A stretch of 64,000 bases of DNA from Microbotryum violaceum (GCA_001244265.2 CDLV01000012.1:496001-560000), one strand, 5' to 3'. Shown: positions 13,222 to 27,575, numbered from the stretch's first letter. Translations and numbers: made by a program. Notes: generated by a model from the letters alone, not told the origin.

Positions 13222-13324
13222 AATGGATGCGGGAGCAATTGGGGAGTAGACCTTGAGGTCAAATTGAAAATGGGGGAGGGGGTTCTTTTTTGTTCTTTCT
13301 ACGATTTCACTCCTATTTTGGTCC

Positions 13325-15131
13325 TTACAACCCAAAGATTCTGATCGCACCATTCTCCCCCGCCGCATACGCCATGATTGTTTTGCTTGGATGCCAAGCC
13401 AAGGCCTCCACCGGTTGAGGTGTGGAGATGACGTGTGCGCGGGAGAGGGAAGGGATCTCCGACTGTGAGAAATGGAGGCGAGTTAGAGGGTGGGGTAGTT
13501 GGGTGGGTTAGTATGAGCAATGTAATGGTGGTGTAGTTTGGTAAGCGGCTCACAATGATAATCTTGTCATCGGACCCTGAAGCGGCGGCTGAAGTTGCGA
13601 GGTATTGTCCATCATGGGAGAAACGACATGCTCGGATAGGATCCCTATCACACAAAGGTGGGAGAGTGAAGAGGGTCAGCGAAAATCTTTCTGGACCGAT
13701 GAAATTGTAGTTGAGAACTTACTCATGTGCGCCCATTGAAGAAACGCAACAAAATTCGTCAGTCTCCCACAACGTAACCAGATTATCGTTCGAGCCAGCA
13801 GCGACGTATCTACCTCACCCGTTCGACAAAGTCAGCCGCTACTCCTTTATAGCACCACCAGGAAATATCAAGCGCTACGACGTACCTCCCTCTCGGATCC
13901 AAATCCAAAACGGTCGTCATGGCGGGTGATATTCGGACTTGATGGATCTCGTCCTCGGAAGGAAAATCGGCGATGTTGAGGTTCCCTTCGATGGCGGTCA
14001 TGAGGATCTTGCCGTTATGGGTGAAAATGGGCTCGTTGGTCTGTGAGGTTCGGAACCTTTATGGCTCAGAGAACGCTTGCTTCTTCGTGAGCGAACTGAG
14101 ACGATTTCCCCCTTGCTCACCTCGGTGGGCATTACTTTTTTCTTGATGATCTGATGGGTCTTGACGTCGATCCAAGTAACGACGTCGTACCGACTGGAGA
14201 GAATAATTGTCTCCCCATCCGGTGACCAAGTGAGGTGGATCGTCGATCCGTCGGTATCGACCGAGTTGGTGGGTTTGTCCTCTGTGTGAACGAGTGGGGT
14301 ATGGGTGAGGGCAAGTTTATAGAGTGGGGGGAAGTGGGGCAGGAAGCAATGTCGTACGTCTCATATCCCTGCGCGTTCGAATCGTTCAAAGAGGTCAGTT
14401 TATGTATGGCCCAAGTCGTGGATGGTGTTGACTGACCAGAAATGCAACTGTTTATCGCCCTCTGATCGAAGGTGCGAACCCAGCGAAGAAATGTTCAGTC
14501 TCGCCGAGTGCTCGGCTCGGAGCGGGTGTAAGCCGACTCACTCAATCCACTACATGTCGCCAATCGTTCGGGATGGGTCGGTTCCCACTTGACGCACGAT
14601 ACCTCTCCGACATGACCTCGATAATCGACGGAGGTTTTGAGGTCTGTCGCCCCAAGTGGAGTGGCCGAATACACTTGAGCTCGGACTGGGGGTCGAGGTG
14701 TTCTCGGCCTGCTGAAAATCTTACCTTTTTCAGGAACCCATACCCGGAGTGATTTATCGACTGATCCTGAAGCCAGCCTCCTCCCATCGGCGTTCCCTAA
14801 AACTTGGAGAATCAGCTGTGAAGATTCTCCAGACCAGGCAAGGGGAAGGGGAGAGGCGAAACGAACAAGCTAATGATCGGACGACGGCTCGATGGCCCAA
14901 GAGTCGAGCCGTGGGCAGTTTCGAAAGAGGGTGTGCGGAGGAGGTGGAAGGCCCAGCAGCTGCGGTGGTGGTAGGTGTCGTTGTTGAGGGCAGAGTAGGA
15001 ACCGAGGTGGTCGTCGTCGTCGGAGCCGCTCGACTCAGCACATTCACATTGGGGGCGGAGGATCGATACGAAGGTGTGGCATGCCCCGGTCGACTGGGAA
15101 GAGAGCTTTGGGGTTGCGCTCGGTGATACAT
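13325..15131 (-). CDS. WD40 protein, THO complex subunit 3 (THOC3/Tex1)-like, multi-exon
   Basis: LLGHRAVVRSLA, TVLDLDPRGRY, AAGSNDNLVTLWETDEFCC, PIRACRFSHDGQYLA, VEALAWHPSKTIMAYA ... IRIFGL*. Confidence 0.75.
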
Positions 15132-15666
15132 GATCGGTTGCGCAATGTCCGAGCGATAAGGTGAAGGGAAGCCACGAGCGCGAGAGAGAGACGAGATGAA
15201 GATGAACCAACCGCGCGAGGTTTGAGGTCGGCGCTGGTCGGGGGGCGGCGCTCGTCTCGTCGACGGTTGAAAGTCGCTTGAAAGGGGGAAAGGGAGGGAA
15301 AGGGGGGCCGATTGCGTGGGCGCCGGCGTGATGCACCGCTCTGGCTTAGCTTACGTTCCCTCCTGCACTTGGCGCACCCCTCACTCACGACCCGACGTAA
15401 TCGCACCGCATCCTCCTCGCCTAGACTGATCCTCACTCGCACTCCCACCCACGTGTCGACTCGGTGCTGCTTCTGCGCGTGTGCGTGCATCCTTGCCGCT
15501 CCCCACACGCAGCCCCTGGTCCGGTCTCCCCTCCCACCTCAAGTCTAGGTACGCCACGATCGCCGGCTCACTACAGACTACATGACACACTGCTTATGCA
15601 CCTGCTCCTCCCACAGAAACCTTCGAACGGCCACCGTAGCTTCTCCTCGACCTTGGGTGTGACATC

Positions 15667-17456
15667 ATGTCCGGCTCTCGCTTGGCCCCCGTCGTACTCG
15701 ACAATGGAACAGGTTACACCAAGATGGGGTCAGTCACAACACCACCAGTGGTGTCTGAAGTCGCTTTTGGATCACACCGAACGAGGGAGCAGTAGTGTTG
15801 CGCACCCGCCCCACTATCCTCCAGACCGGTCACCGCAGCCCACGTCGTCATCATCACCACCACCACCACCACCACCACCACCACTACTTCGCGACGCGAG
15901 GTCCAGTCCACCACGAGCTGCGCCCGCCCCGACCACCCAAACTGACCCCATACTCTCGTCCATCCTCTCAACAGTTTCGCCGGTAATTCGGACCCATCTT
16001 TCGTGATTCCGACTTGCATCGCAACCCGTGGCTCTCCCTCCGGATCGGCCTCACGAGCGCCCGCGGTCCCCTCCAAGCCGTCTTCGCTCGGCTCTCTGGG
16101 CTCCGGCTCGTCCAACATCGCTACCAAGCGAGGCATCGAAGACCTCGACTTCTTCATCGGCGACGAGGCCTTGGCCAACAACAAGACCTATGCCATCAAC
16201 TATCCGATCAAGCACGGCATGATCGACAACTGGGACCACATGGAGCGCTACTGGGAGCAGTGCATCTTCAAGTACCTCCGCGCAGAACCCGAGGACCACT
16301 ACTTTCTGCTTGTAAGGCATGCACAGTATGAGTCTACCTTTATATATTCCATCCTAATCCCTCGCTACGGCCCGTCCACTCTAGACCGAGCCCCCTTTGA
16401 ACCCTCCCGAGAACCGTGAAGCGACGGCCGAGATCATGTTCGAATCCTTCAACGTCCAGGGTCTCTACATCGCCGTGCAGGCCGTGCTCGCCCTCGCCGC
16501 ATCGTGGTCCTCCGCCAAAGTCACCGACCGCACTTTGACCGGTACCGTCATCGACTCGGGAGACGGTGTGACCCACGTCATCCCCGTCGCCGAAGGTTAC
16601 GTGATCGGGTCCTCGATCCGTCATATCCCCATCGCCGGTCGCGACATCTCGTCCTTTGTGCAGCAGTTGCTTCGTGACCGTGGCGAAACGGGGATCCCTC
16701 CCGAGGATTCGTTGAGGGCCGCCGAAAAGATCAAGGAGGATTATTCGTACGTGTGCGGCGATATGGTCAAGGAGTTTTCCAAATACGACAAGGACCCGAG
16801 CAAATTCTTTGGCCTCTTTGAAGGTTTGGATGCGAGGACGGGCAAGGTAAGCACTTGCTCACGGCTTATTTGGTGGAAGGGGCAATGCCCCGAAGTGCTA
16901 ATATCAGAGCGTCCCATGGGCCTTGCAGAAATATTCGGTCGACGTCGGTTACGAACGTTTCCTCGCGCCCGAGATCTTTTTCAATCCCGAAATCGCCTCG
17001 TCCGATTTCCTGACACCGCTGCCCGAGGTCGTTGATTCGGTCATTCAAACCAGTCCAATCGATGTTCGTCGAGGATTGTACAACGTGAGTCGAAGGAGCC
17101 TCTCGAGAGATTTTTGTTCGACCCAAGAAACTGAGAGGACTTTTCCTCCACAGAACATCGTCCTCTCCGGTGGTTCGACCATGTTCGACCATTTCGGCCG
17201 TCGTCTGCAACGTGACCTCAAGCACCTCGTCGACACGCGCATCGCGACGTCCGAAACCTTATCCGGTGGACTCATGCGTTCGACCGGAGTCAACGTCAAC
17301 GTCGTCAGTCACAAGAAGCAAAGGTACGCCGTGTGGTTTGGCGGTTCTTTGCTCGCTTCGACGCCCGAATTTTATGGGTATTGTCATACCAAGGCCGATT
17401 ACGAAGAACATGGACCTAGTTTGGTCAGGAGGTTCGCGATCTTTGGTCAGAGTTAG
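15667..17456 (+). CDS. ARP3: Actin-related protein 3 (Arp2/3 complex)
   Basis: [90 protein letters not shown]; four GT-AG introns. Confidence 0.97.
15849..15885 (+). repeat. (CAT/CAC)n microsatellite in ARP3 intron 1
   Basis: catcatcaccaccaccac... read directly. Confidence 0.8.
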
Positions 17457-17885
17457 ATGGTGTGGGAGGGAGAACAAGGTCGAAGAAGTTTATTTCGGTG
17501 TTTGCAATCATATAGCTGGGTCATCGAAGGATCGTCCACAGAGCACGTGTCATTGGGACGAAGAGTCCGGGAAAGGCAGTTATCGAGCGTGCGATCGCGA
17601 ATGCACGGATAAGCAATCTCATCTCTCGGTGTTCTGCCCTGGATCAGACGCTTGTGAATCTCCGCGATCAATCGTCGAGCCCAGACTGCACCGGACATTC
17701 GGCATCCATCTTGCCGCTTGCCGCTTGCCGAGGGCCGCGGGGAGAGGGCGATCGGGCGGTTTCAAACTGTTTGAAAGCGACGTCACTCTGCCGAGCCGGA
17801 CTTGAAGCTCTCTGCGGCTCTTCCTCCTTCGTTCAACTCGTGACTAGAACCTCATCGCGCTGTTCGTCTTGGAAGGAGTGACGAT

Positions 17886-19422
17886 ATGCCTAATCTCAAG
17901 CAAGCGCTCAAGCTGGAACCGGTCGAATCCTCGGCCAATGAGGGGCCGTTCAGGTTCAAGGCTGAGTTGTCGGTGGTTTGGACTGTTGGTGGGTGAGTGG
18001 TTGGACCTGCGAGGGTGGTTTATATTACAGGCAAAGATCTTCAAGCTGATTCAACCTGGTCCCATCTTCCCGTGCTCGCCTCCATTCCCTCCCTCTCCCC
18101 CTCTCTATTGCAAATCCTCCCGCCCGCCCTCTCCCCCTCTCTATTGCAAATCCTCCCGCCCGCCGATGGCGATCTCAGTAAACCGCACGGCGGCTACCTC
18201 CTAGCCCTCATCACATCCGCCTGTTCGCTCATCATGAAAGATTCTACCACTCCCGATCCGGCGCAATTGATGACGAGTTTCTTGATGGGCTGTGATAATG
18301 GTGCGGCGGAGGTCGTCGTTACGGTCGTTAGGAAGGGCAAGAGTTGGACGAATTTGGAAGCGAGGATCATTCAAGATGTGAGTACGGTGATTGGGTGTTC
18401 GCGGCTAAAGTTTGTGAGAGACGGTGTACTGACGTTTTTTGTTTTTTTTCCCACCACTCGTTTGTGCCCGATCGTGTGCAGGGCAAAACGACCGTCGTTT
18501 CACAAGCGCTCTACACGTCCTTCCCCACGCTCCCCACTTCCTGCCCCCACCCACCCTTCTCCACCTCGAACCAATACCTCCTCCCTCTCACCCCCTCCCC
18601 CTACGCGAAACGTATACCCCATCTCACTCACCCCTCCCTCTGCGACCCCAAAGCCGCCCACGCGCGTAAACACGACGAATTCGGTCGTCGTTGGGGCAAG
18701 AATGAGAACTCGGCCATGTTCATGATCGTCGAGGGGGAGATGGAATGGGTTGAGGATGAACAGATCAAGAAGAGGAGGGAGGAGGGGGATCAAAGCGGGA
18801 GGAAAGAGTTGGAGTGGGCTAGCTGGGTCGAGTTCAAGGATTTGGAAGGGGAGGCGTTGAACATGGATATGATGCCTGTGGGTAAAGGGATAGTGGAGAG
18901 GCAGGCGTGAGGAGATCATCGGCGGCTTGGGAGCTGACTATTTACTTCTACGTTGTTCCTGCGGGTACTGGTTCGGTTCACAGTTTTTCTCAGACATCAT
19001 GTCTTCCATTCCGGAACTGTTGCCACCGGGTGAAAGGGTTGAGCCTCAGTGCGTGTGACCTTGCCAGCCGTCCGACGAGAAAGGCAAAATTCTATTCCGA
19101 GGAATGCTGATCGAATTTGCCTCCACACAGCTACTACCCAACCTTGACCATGTCGATCCACTTCCACGCCAAACTCCCCTTCCCTTCCAACTCGCCCTAC
19201 CTCTTCTCCCCCAAAACCGTCGGCGTCTATTCAACAGGCCACCATGTTCAAGCCGGTCGACATGAACAATTGACCGAGGTGTGGACCGCGCCTTCCGGGT
19301 TGGGTCAGGGGGATGTGCAAGAAGGGTGGAGGGAAAGGAGCATGTTGCTGATTACGGGCACGCAATTGGCGGTTAGTGTCGATATTCGGAAAATTTTTGG
19401 GGGCAACTTTGGGAAAATGTGA
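17886..19422 (+). CDS. HotDog-fold thioesterase-like protein, multi-exon
   Basis: Spliced N-terminus gives WTVGGKPHGGYLLALI; PDPAQLMTSFL, VVRKGKSWTNLEARIIQ; C-terminal YPTLTMSIHFH, GRHEQLTEVW. Confidence 0.75.
18091..18164 (+). repeat. Perfect 36-bp tandem duplication inside thioesterase intron 1
   Basis: ccctctccccctctctattgcaaatcctcccgcccg at 18091-18126 and 18127-18162. Confidence 0.9.
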
Positions 19423-19861
19423 GGAGGGGAGGGAGGGTCACGTGACTTCAGACTTCTTTCTCGTGAAGGTTGGTCGGCGACTCACCGTTCACGTAGCTGA
19501 CGAGATACTGAAGCGGAGGACCGGGACTTGATTCCTTCATTGTAGAGTTTGAAAACAGTTCCTAATGATCTAGACTGGACTCCTCTCATGTTCCATGGCC
19601 TCAGTCATGACAAAGTGACGGAGTGCGATGTGAGGAGATCCGTGCGCCGGGCGAGAACTGATTTGTCACGGGCCAAAACTCCGACGGCGGTCGACGGCGG
19701 TGAAGAGTCGTACGATCCAAAGCCCCGGAGAGCCAATCTCGCGAGGCGCGTCATTCCCGTCGTGTATTGTATCCCCTCCTCCTGTTCCGCAATCACCGAC
19801 TTAGCGATCTCCTCAATAGGTACACGGACAATCCTCCGTGGTACGCTGCTTCCCGACCAGG

Positions 19862-22800
19862 ATGCTTGAGTCGATGTACGCCCCATCGCAGCACGCGCAT
19901 ACGCACAGCAATGGGCAGAGCCACGCCACGGCGAGCGGCGACTTTGGCTCGGGGACAGCGAACGACCATCTCGATGCGATGCTCGCCGACTACAACGACA
20001 CATACCACAACGGCAAGACCCTCTTGGACCAGGATTACTACCAGTCCATGACCTATGGCCACGACGACGACCTCATGACCTTCATATCGAACCATCGAGC
20101 TGAGGACGGGGCGCTCGGTGGTGGCGCCGTGAGCTCATCGAACCCGAACTATGACTCGCCGTTCGGCACCACGACCAGTAGCAGTGGCATGTCGACTACC
20201 TCGAGTCTGTCCAACATGGGTTCGCCGCAATACTTTGCCGCTTCTTCTTCGACCACTTCGAATGGCAGTCACGCGTTCGGATCGCATGGCAACGCCGGGG
20301 CCGGAACCACCACGGCGCCTTCGCCGAGATCGGCACAGTCGACCTTTGCTGCCGAAAACCCGGCCGCGAGTTCCTACGCCAGTGCGTCCCCGCCTTTCGG
20401 GGCCGACTCTTCTGCATCTTATGCAAGCGATCCGAGGTACCCATCTTTGCCGTATGGACAATCTTTGGAGTACGCGAACGCCACCGGTCGGGGAGTGACC
20501 GGTGGCCAACTCGATGCCTACGCTCAGGGTCTCACTGCCGCTCATGCCGACTCGTCGAACTCAAACGGAGGTCTATCATTGAATGCACTCAACAACAGCA
20601 ACGGTACCCGAGCACGGACCGCGGCCTACACGCAGATGCAGAGCGGGATCCCGTCCTTCCAACCGGCAGGGTTATCTTTCCCGAGCCAAGGCCAGGCCCA
20701 GGAAAATGCCTATTTCAGTCCGGACGCACAAGAGCAATTCGCCTCAGCTGCTCATCAGTACAGGCTCTATTCGATGGCCCAGGCTCAAGGCCAAACGCAA
20801 GCACAGGCCATTGCTCAAGCGCAAGCCGTCGCGCTCGCGCAGAATCATCAGCCTGCGCAATCGTTCGCGGCGGCTCAACAGGCGGCTCAGCTTCAGGCCA
20901 CGGCATCACTCGAGAGTCGCATGGCGGTCAATTTGATTCCGATATCTACCAAGATGGATGCGACCTCGGGTCGACCAATGAAGAAGTCCTCACCGGCCAA
21001 GAGAGCGGCCGTAGCTCAAGGAGGTGCCACTGGCGGAGCTGCAGGAAGCGGTCCCACTGCAGTACAGCCATTGTCAGAGGCGCCTCGACCTGCGTCTGTC
21101 GCCCTTCCTACCTCAGCACCCTTCAATTTTTCGTTTCAACCCGCGACTGGCAGTGGTACGCGGGCTGCTGGAAGCGATGATGTGATGAATTTGATTGCGA
21201 ATGCAGGGACGTCGATGGCGCAAGCGTCTTGTGAGTCCGCTAGCGCAAATGACCGAAAGCGGGCCAAGAAATGTGATAACTGACTCAACTCGCTTTTTTC
21301 AGCTGAAGCTCTGCGAACTAGCCTGAACGCCAAGATGGGTGAGGCGACGTCGGAGGCACAGATCAGAGCCGAACAGGGTAATGGGACATCCCCTACCTCC
21401 GACGGAAAGGCCAAGAAGAGCGATAAGGGGCACAGTGGGTGTTTGGGATCTTGTCCAGGGTGTGCTCGCGATACTTATTCCACACTCCTTTTGGATCAGA
21501 TGCCGTCGAGCGAAGGTACCGCAACAACATCAACAATCATCTGTCAGCTCTCAGGGACGCGATCCCGGCCCTGCGTCACCTCAAGCCTTTACCTTCGATG
21601 CCCGTGTCTCGTCGCCGCGCCTCACAATTCACTCTGACGACAGGACATCAGCTCCCCACACCCGAGGGCCTGATCGACGGTATCCCTGCGGCCAAGACGT
21701 TGTCGAAAGGAACGGTCTTGGGAAAGGCGATCGAGTACATCCATTACTTGCAACATGCGCGATCCGACGGCCAAGAGGACGTCGAGATGTTCAAGAAGAT
21801 CATCCTGGAGATGGTTGGCAATGGGCAAGCCTTGGTCGATATATTTGAGGCGCGTCGAGTGGTCAGGAATACCGAGCGCGTGGCATTGAGAGAGAAGGAG
21901 AGGGTTGAGCAAGAAGCGCTTGATGAGGAGGACGATACGGGCAGTGGCGAGGACGACGCCGACGAAACCGCGGCGAAGAAAATCAAGGCCAAACCGGCGA
22001 AAACGTCACTCGCGTCCAAGAAAGGAGTAAACAAGCGCGAGGCACCGAGCGACATGACGCCGAGGCCTGCTCCGGCCACTGGACTGCCACCTTCGGTCGT
22101 GTCCAACTTTGCACAGCTTCGTCAGCAGCAAGGCACATCAACGAAGGCCCGCGCGGTCTCATCGTCCGGTACGACCGATGGGTTCTCGCCGTCGTCGATC
22201 TCGTCGACGGATGACTTCACAGTCCCAGTCATGCGTCAGGGTCAATCTGCGCAAACCTCCCCGAGTGGCATTCACTCGGCGCATTCTGGACGGCCACGCG
22301 TCTTGCTTGCGAGCTTTTTAGGTCTCAGCTTCGCGGGTGGGCTCGGGTACGATTGGACCTACTCGGATGCTCCTGTCGCGCAGGGTTCGGAGACGGCTCG
22401 GGCATGGGCCGGCCGTCTGGTTGGTCGTTCCCTTTCGACGCCGTCATCGGGAAGTGCTGTGCGATCATCGTCAATCATCTCAAGCGATGTTCTCCACCCA
22501 GGCATCTTGTCGGGTCTCGTCTTCCTCGGCATTGCATCGATCTGTGTCGTCTTGTACTTTGTCTTGAACCCCAACGCCACTCGATCCAGCTTGACCAAGT
22601 CGTTTCCCATCTCATCTTCCGAAGTCGCTCAATCTCGCAGTGTCTACCGACAACGGCGAAGGGCACAAGCGCTTGCTGCGCTCGCGAGCTTGACTGAACA
22701 AACCTCGACGATGCCGCTCTCGTTCGAAGCCGAATGCCGAGCTGCTCTGGCCGCACGTAAGCAGCTGCTCAAGTTGGTCGGGGCTCCTACTTATGCGCTG

Positions 22801-24266
22801 GTCCCTAGTTTGGCGAAGGAGACGCTCGCTGCGCTATTGAGGAAGGTGACGACCATCAGGGTTGGTTCGTTCGCAAGGTGGAATGAGAAGGATCGAGTTG
22901 AGGCGGCGGTGGCTTGGGTCAGGATCGCGGAGATTGAGGCCACTGTTGGTGAGTACATTGCTGAAATTGGCTTCCCTTGCGGATATCGGCTTACCACTTT
23001 TTTGTATCGATTCCAGGTGCCGATGATGTCAACTTCCTCGCCCGGTGCTATACCTTCCTTCGCCTGTTCAACCTGTCCCATTCGACTTCTTGGCCCGAGA
23101 CCACGCCATCGACGAACCGAGCATCCGTGAATGCGAACCTATCGGTCCATTTGCTTTCACTCGGCGAGCCTCTCTCAGCTCATGCACTCTTCAACAAAGC
23201 GGTCCGCCACATGGAACGAAGTCGCAAAAAGATGGATGCGCGCCTCCACCCCTGGGCCGAAATTGCGCTCGCCACGGACTGGTCTCAATTCCGACAGATC
23301 GTTCGCGATGCCTCGAACGAGACCGTGGATGGATCTGCTCGTCGTTCGACGCCGTCTGACACATCTCCTTTGTTGCAAGTCGCCGAAGCGAGGTGCAGTG
23401 CCGCGTTGTTGGAAGCTTGGGCTAAGATTTTTGTAGGCGTAGTGGCGACGACTTGCCCTCCTCCTCCTTCAGCGTCGCGAGCTCCTGTCGAGCGTTTCGC
23501 CGACTTGGTTGACCAGCCTTTCCTTGAGGAGACCGTCGCACATGTGCTTACCTCCACGGTCGCTGGCTCGACCGTTCACACCATGGCTCAAGTCACCAAG
23601 ACGGTCTGCGCCTTTTACAACGGCGACCTTGCCCTCGCCAACTATCTCATGCACCCTTTGAAGCTTGAGTACAACGCCAACGGTCCCGCGAGGGACATGG
23701 CCAGCGTCAAGTTGCTTTTCAAAATTTTGCCTTCTTCATCTTCCCTTTCCTCGTCTTCGCTTTCGTCCCAAGAGGATTCGTCGTCGACACTTTCGTCCCC
23801 CACGCTCTCCACCCCTTCGTCCTCCCTTTCCGACGAGCTCAACTTTGACTCGAGCTCAGACGACGAATCGACCCCCTCCCTCGGTTCAAACGACGTCGAC
23901 CACCTCGCTTCCATCGTTCTAAACTGGCTCCTCATCCGTCGCCGGCTCTCCTTCCCGATCGAAAAAACCCGGACCTCTTCCCCTAAAGCCGACCCAGCCT
24001 TACATCGCGATGCGCTCGCCGTGCGTCGTCAATTCGCTCACGCGCCCTACCTCAACTCGACCTCCCTTCGTGAATTTTGCGAATACTTTGACGGAGGAGA
24101 CGATACCACGAAGTTGGTCGGTCGATTAAGTCTCGATGCGGCCGTAGATGCGTGCTTGGAATCGTTGACGAGCGTAACGAGAAGAGCGGCCGGTTTGAAG
24201 GCTTTTGATTTAGAGCGGTCGGCTTGGGCTGATGGGGGGGCTGATTCGGGCGTCGAACTGGATTGA
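19862..24266 (+). CDS. SREBP-like membrane-tethered bHLH transcription factor (Sre1-like)
   Basis: Spliced bHLH KGHNAVERRYRNNINNHLSALRDAIP...SKGTVLGKAIEYIHYL carries the SREBP-diagnostic Tyr (ERRYR); two TM segments (LLASFLGLSFAGGLGY; ILSGLVFLGIASICVVLYFVL); introns about 21231-21302, 21436-21499, 22949-23017. Confidence 0.8.
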
Positions 24267-24772
24267 GTCGCTCTTCATGCTTCATGTTCCTAATCGATTT
24301 GTATCACCATCGTCCACACCTCTGTTGACACTCTTGTCTTTGTTTCGCATGCTCTACCTACACCTGTATCAAAATATGCCTTCCTTTTTCTTGTTCTTCG
24401 TGTAATCAACTCCTGTCCGTGCAATCAGAGTACTCTCATCATAGATCGCGAACAGAAAATGATTCGATTTGATTCGTCGCGAAAGACCGCTTTGTCGTTG
24501 AATTTGCAGCAGAGTAAAAAAGAACACCGAACCAGAAGAAAGAAAAGACAGCAAAACTCTCCCTATCGATCGAGCAAACAACTACTTTCGGGCCAAAAGA
24601 GTCCTTATCAAGTAAGAGGGCAGAAAAGACTATATTCGGAGGGAGATGAAAGAAGAGGCAGAACTGGCAGGAGGGGACCAAGGGAGGACTGAACTGAAGA
24701 AGAGTGGAAGAATGGAAGGGCAAGACGAGGAGCTTCATCTTTGAGGGCGCCTAGAAACTAGGGAATGGACCT

Positions 24773-26359
24773 TTACGATTGCTTGCACCTGAAAGAATCG
24801 GACGCGGGAGAGGTCAGTATACCGAGTCGTCCATGTATTGACGAGGGCGAGATCTTACTCTTGCGGGTCCTGTGCCGAAGCAGGGGTGACGCCCGAAGGC
24901 GGCATGGGTGCTTTCCTCGAAGCACCTCGACCAACAGGGAGTCCCTCATCATCCTCATCCGAGTCCTCCTCCTCATCCTCCTCCTCATCAAATTCATCAC
25001 TGTCGAACTCGTCCATCTGCTCGTGCCTCAACGCCGAACCGTCAAAGTACGACACGGCTCGGGGCACAACGCGCTCCTTGATGTCCTCGCCGATCTGGTA
25101 GTCGAGCTCGAGCTTCTCGTCGATGTCCTCGTCGATATCGTTCTCCGAGTCCTCGTCCGACGGCGGCGACGGGGGGCTGAAGAAGCTGAAGAACGAGTCC
25201 GTAGGCACCACTTTCTTGACGATACGGGTTTGGTTGGTGTCTGTTCGGGCCCAAAAAGCGCATTGTATTCAGCATTGCGCGATGACGATACCTGCAATAG
25301 TCAAATGCAGGGACTGCTCACTCTTGTTTCGCTGCTTCTTGGTCTCGACTCGTGTAGTCAAGTCCTTGCCATCGACCCACTCAATCGTTGTGCCGACGGC
25401 GTGGTCGTAAACAAAATCGCCCTCGTATCCAACCTCGTCCTGGTAGTAGTAGGTCTTTTCGAGCTTGGTATTGGAGAAGAAGGCCTTGGCGCCGGCGGCG
25501 AACTCGAACACGAGCGTGAAGCCGGGCTTATCGGCCGGGTAGGCGACTCGGATGTCGGCCAAGAATTTGAGCGCCTCCTCGTCGCGCTCGGTGATGAGCT
25601 CCGACAAGCCGAGGTGGTTCTTGAGCGCGGTGAGCCAGAATTGGGGGATACCCTTGGGGGCCTCGGCAAGTTCCTCCTCAGTAGGCTTGGCGAGTCGCTC
25701 CTTTGCGGGCTTCTGTTCATCCTCATTGTCCTCGTCGTCCTCATCCTCATCTTCATCCTCCAGGGCATCCTCTTCGGCGTACCCCTTCTCGACCTCTTCC
25801 TCGGTCGGCTCGGCGGTACCGTCGATCAGGGCGCGGCGTCGGTCGTACAGGGGCGCGTACTTTTCGGCGTACTTCTTCTCGAGCTCAAAGATCTCCCTCT
25901 GGAACTCGGCCTCGATCTTGGAGTGCTCGGCTTGGACACCCTTGAGGCCGGTGATGCGGCGGCGGACGGGCAGAGGGAGCGACTCGATGTAGCCCGAAGA
26001 CTGGCCGACGAGACGGTCGAGCTTGCCCTGGATGAGATGGGCTGTGATGTAGGGTCAGGAGTCGAGCCAGGCGGAGGCGGGCGCGGTGCGGCGTAGAGAT
26101 CATGATGAGTGTGGGGCAGAGGTGGGGAGGCGCAAAGGGAGAGCACGTGGGAGAGAGAGAACAGACAGACGGTCAAGGTCAGGATGCTGCGAATGGGCAG
26201 ACGAGAGTAGGGATCAAGAGGCGGGAACTGACTGAAGGCGGGGTGGCCCGAAAGAGCGGCGAGAGCACCGGATGCGCCATCGGTCTGGATCGTGGGAAGG
26301 TCATCGTCCTCTTGCTCCTCGGACAAGGTCGAAGGGACTTGAGGGCGGCTGGAGATCAT
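24773..26359 (-). CDS. NAP1: Nucleosome assembly protein 1
   Basis: LVGQSSGYIESLP, KGIPQFWLTALKNH, ITERDEEALKFLADI, FFSNTKLEKTYYY, DSFFSFFSPP, LELDYQIGEDIKERVVPRAV, C-terminal PQE|CKQS* (CaaX-like). Confidence 0.95.
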
Positions 26360-27575
26360 GAAGGGGGGGGGGGAGCAGACAAGGCGAGGTCAGCTACAGA
26401 GTCTTTGATGTGGGTTCATGCCACCAACGGGAATGTATGGATGGGAGGGTGCCGAACGAGGTGGGTAGGGCAGGGCTCGAATGCGGATCGAGTCGAGTCG
26501 CGTCGTCCGGAGGTCAGCTGAGCAGTTAGTCGTCCCCAAGGAGGCCAGCGTCTGCCTGGCTGGCAACCTGGGCCGCTGCGCTGAGGCCGCACGCTCGCTG
26601 GACTGGCGCGCAACTTTTCTCTTTGGGGGAAGGCGAGCGCAGAGCTGAGAAGAGCCCCAAGTGGGCCGCGCCTCGAACGACAGAGAGCGCGAGTCGGCCA
26701 TCGCCGCTCGGGGTTGAGCGAGGGCCGGGAATGTACCGCGCAAGAACGACACTTACGACATGACCGAGTGGGACAAATGCGCCGCAGGGGTGTCTGTAGA
26801 GCGCGAGATGCGAACACGGCGACAAAGTCAGCACTACGAGAGCGTCACACGTGCGATCGCGACGAGCGGCGTTGGGTCTCGAAGACGGGGGGCGAGGGTG
26901 CAAGGGTCATGTACGCACTTTGAGGTGTACTGTGGGAAGAAAACGAGATCGAAGAAAAGATGGGCGGGTGGGAATCACGTGTCAGTCAGACTGGTGGCCG
27001 AAATGGTCGCGACCTCGTTCGGTTGGTCCGGTCCAGTCAATCAATCAATCAATTGCTCGGTCGGTCGGTCGCACGAACCGAGGGCCACGCCAGCCAGCGG
27101 AGCGTACACGGCACGGATGAACGTGAAACAGACTGCAAAGTGTAGACGAGATCACTCACGGGGCAATGCCACCGGGGACGTCGTTGCGGTTGGGGATGTT
27201 GGTCGCCGACATGATGACTTGGGGACAGTGCCTCGTCTGATGCAGTGGGATGTAGGCGTGGGAAGGGGGGAGACTGCACTCGGTGGCTCTGGACGCGCCT
27301 CGGGTGAGCTCGCAGGATGTTGCAGCAGGCAGGTGCAGGCTGTTGCATAGGCGGGCGACTGGCGAGCGACTAGCCACGCATTACTAATCAACCCGCTGTT
27401 CAGGCGGCGCGCCACTAATCGTAATCACCAATTGAAAGACCCAATTGTCTGCCTTCCGATCGCGTGTGGGGGTGGGTGAGGTTGGGTGGGACCCCGACGG
27501 CTCGGGCACGGTCAATCATCGTCACCCGGCACCCGCCTTGCTGCTCGGCTCTAGCGGATCAGCTATACCTGTCGC

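Noticed and set aside
24765-26096. 443-aa plus-strand ORF
   Set aside because: Antisense shadow of NAP1 caused by GC-rich codon bias.
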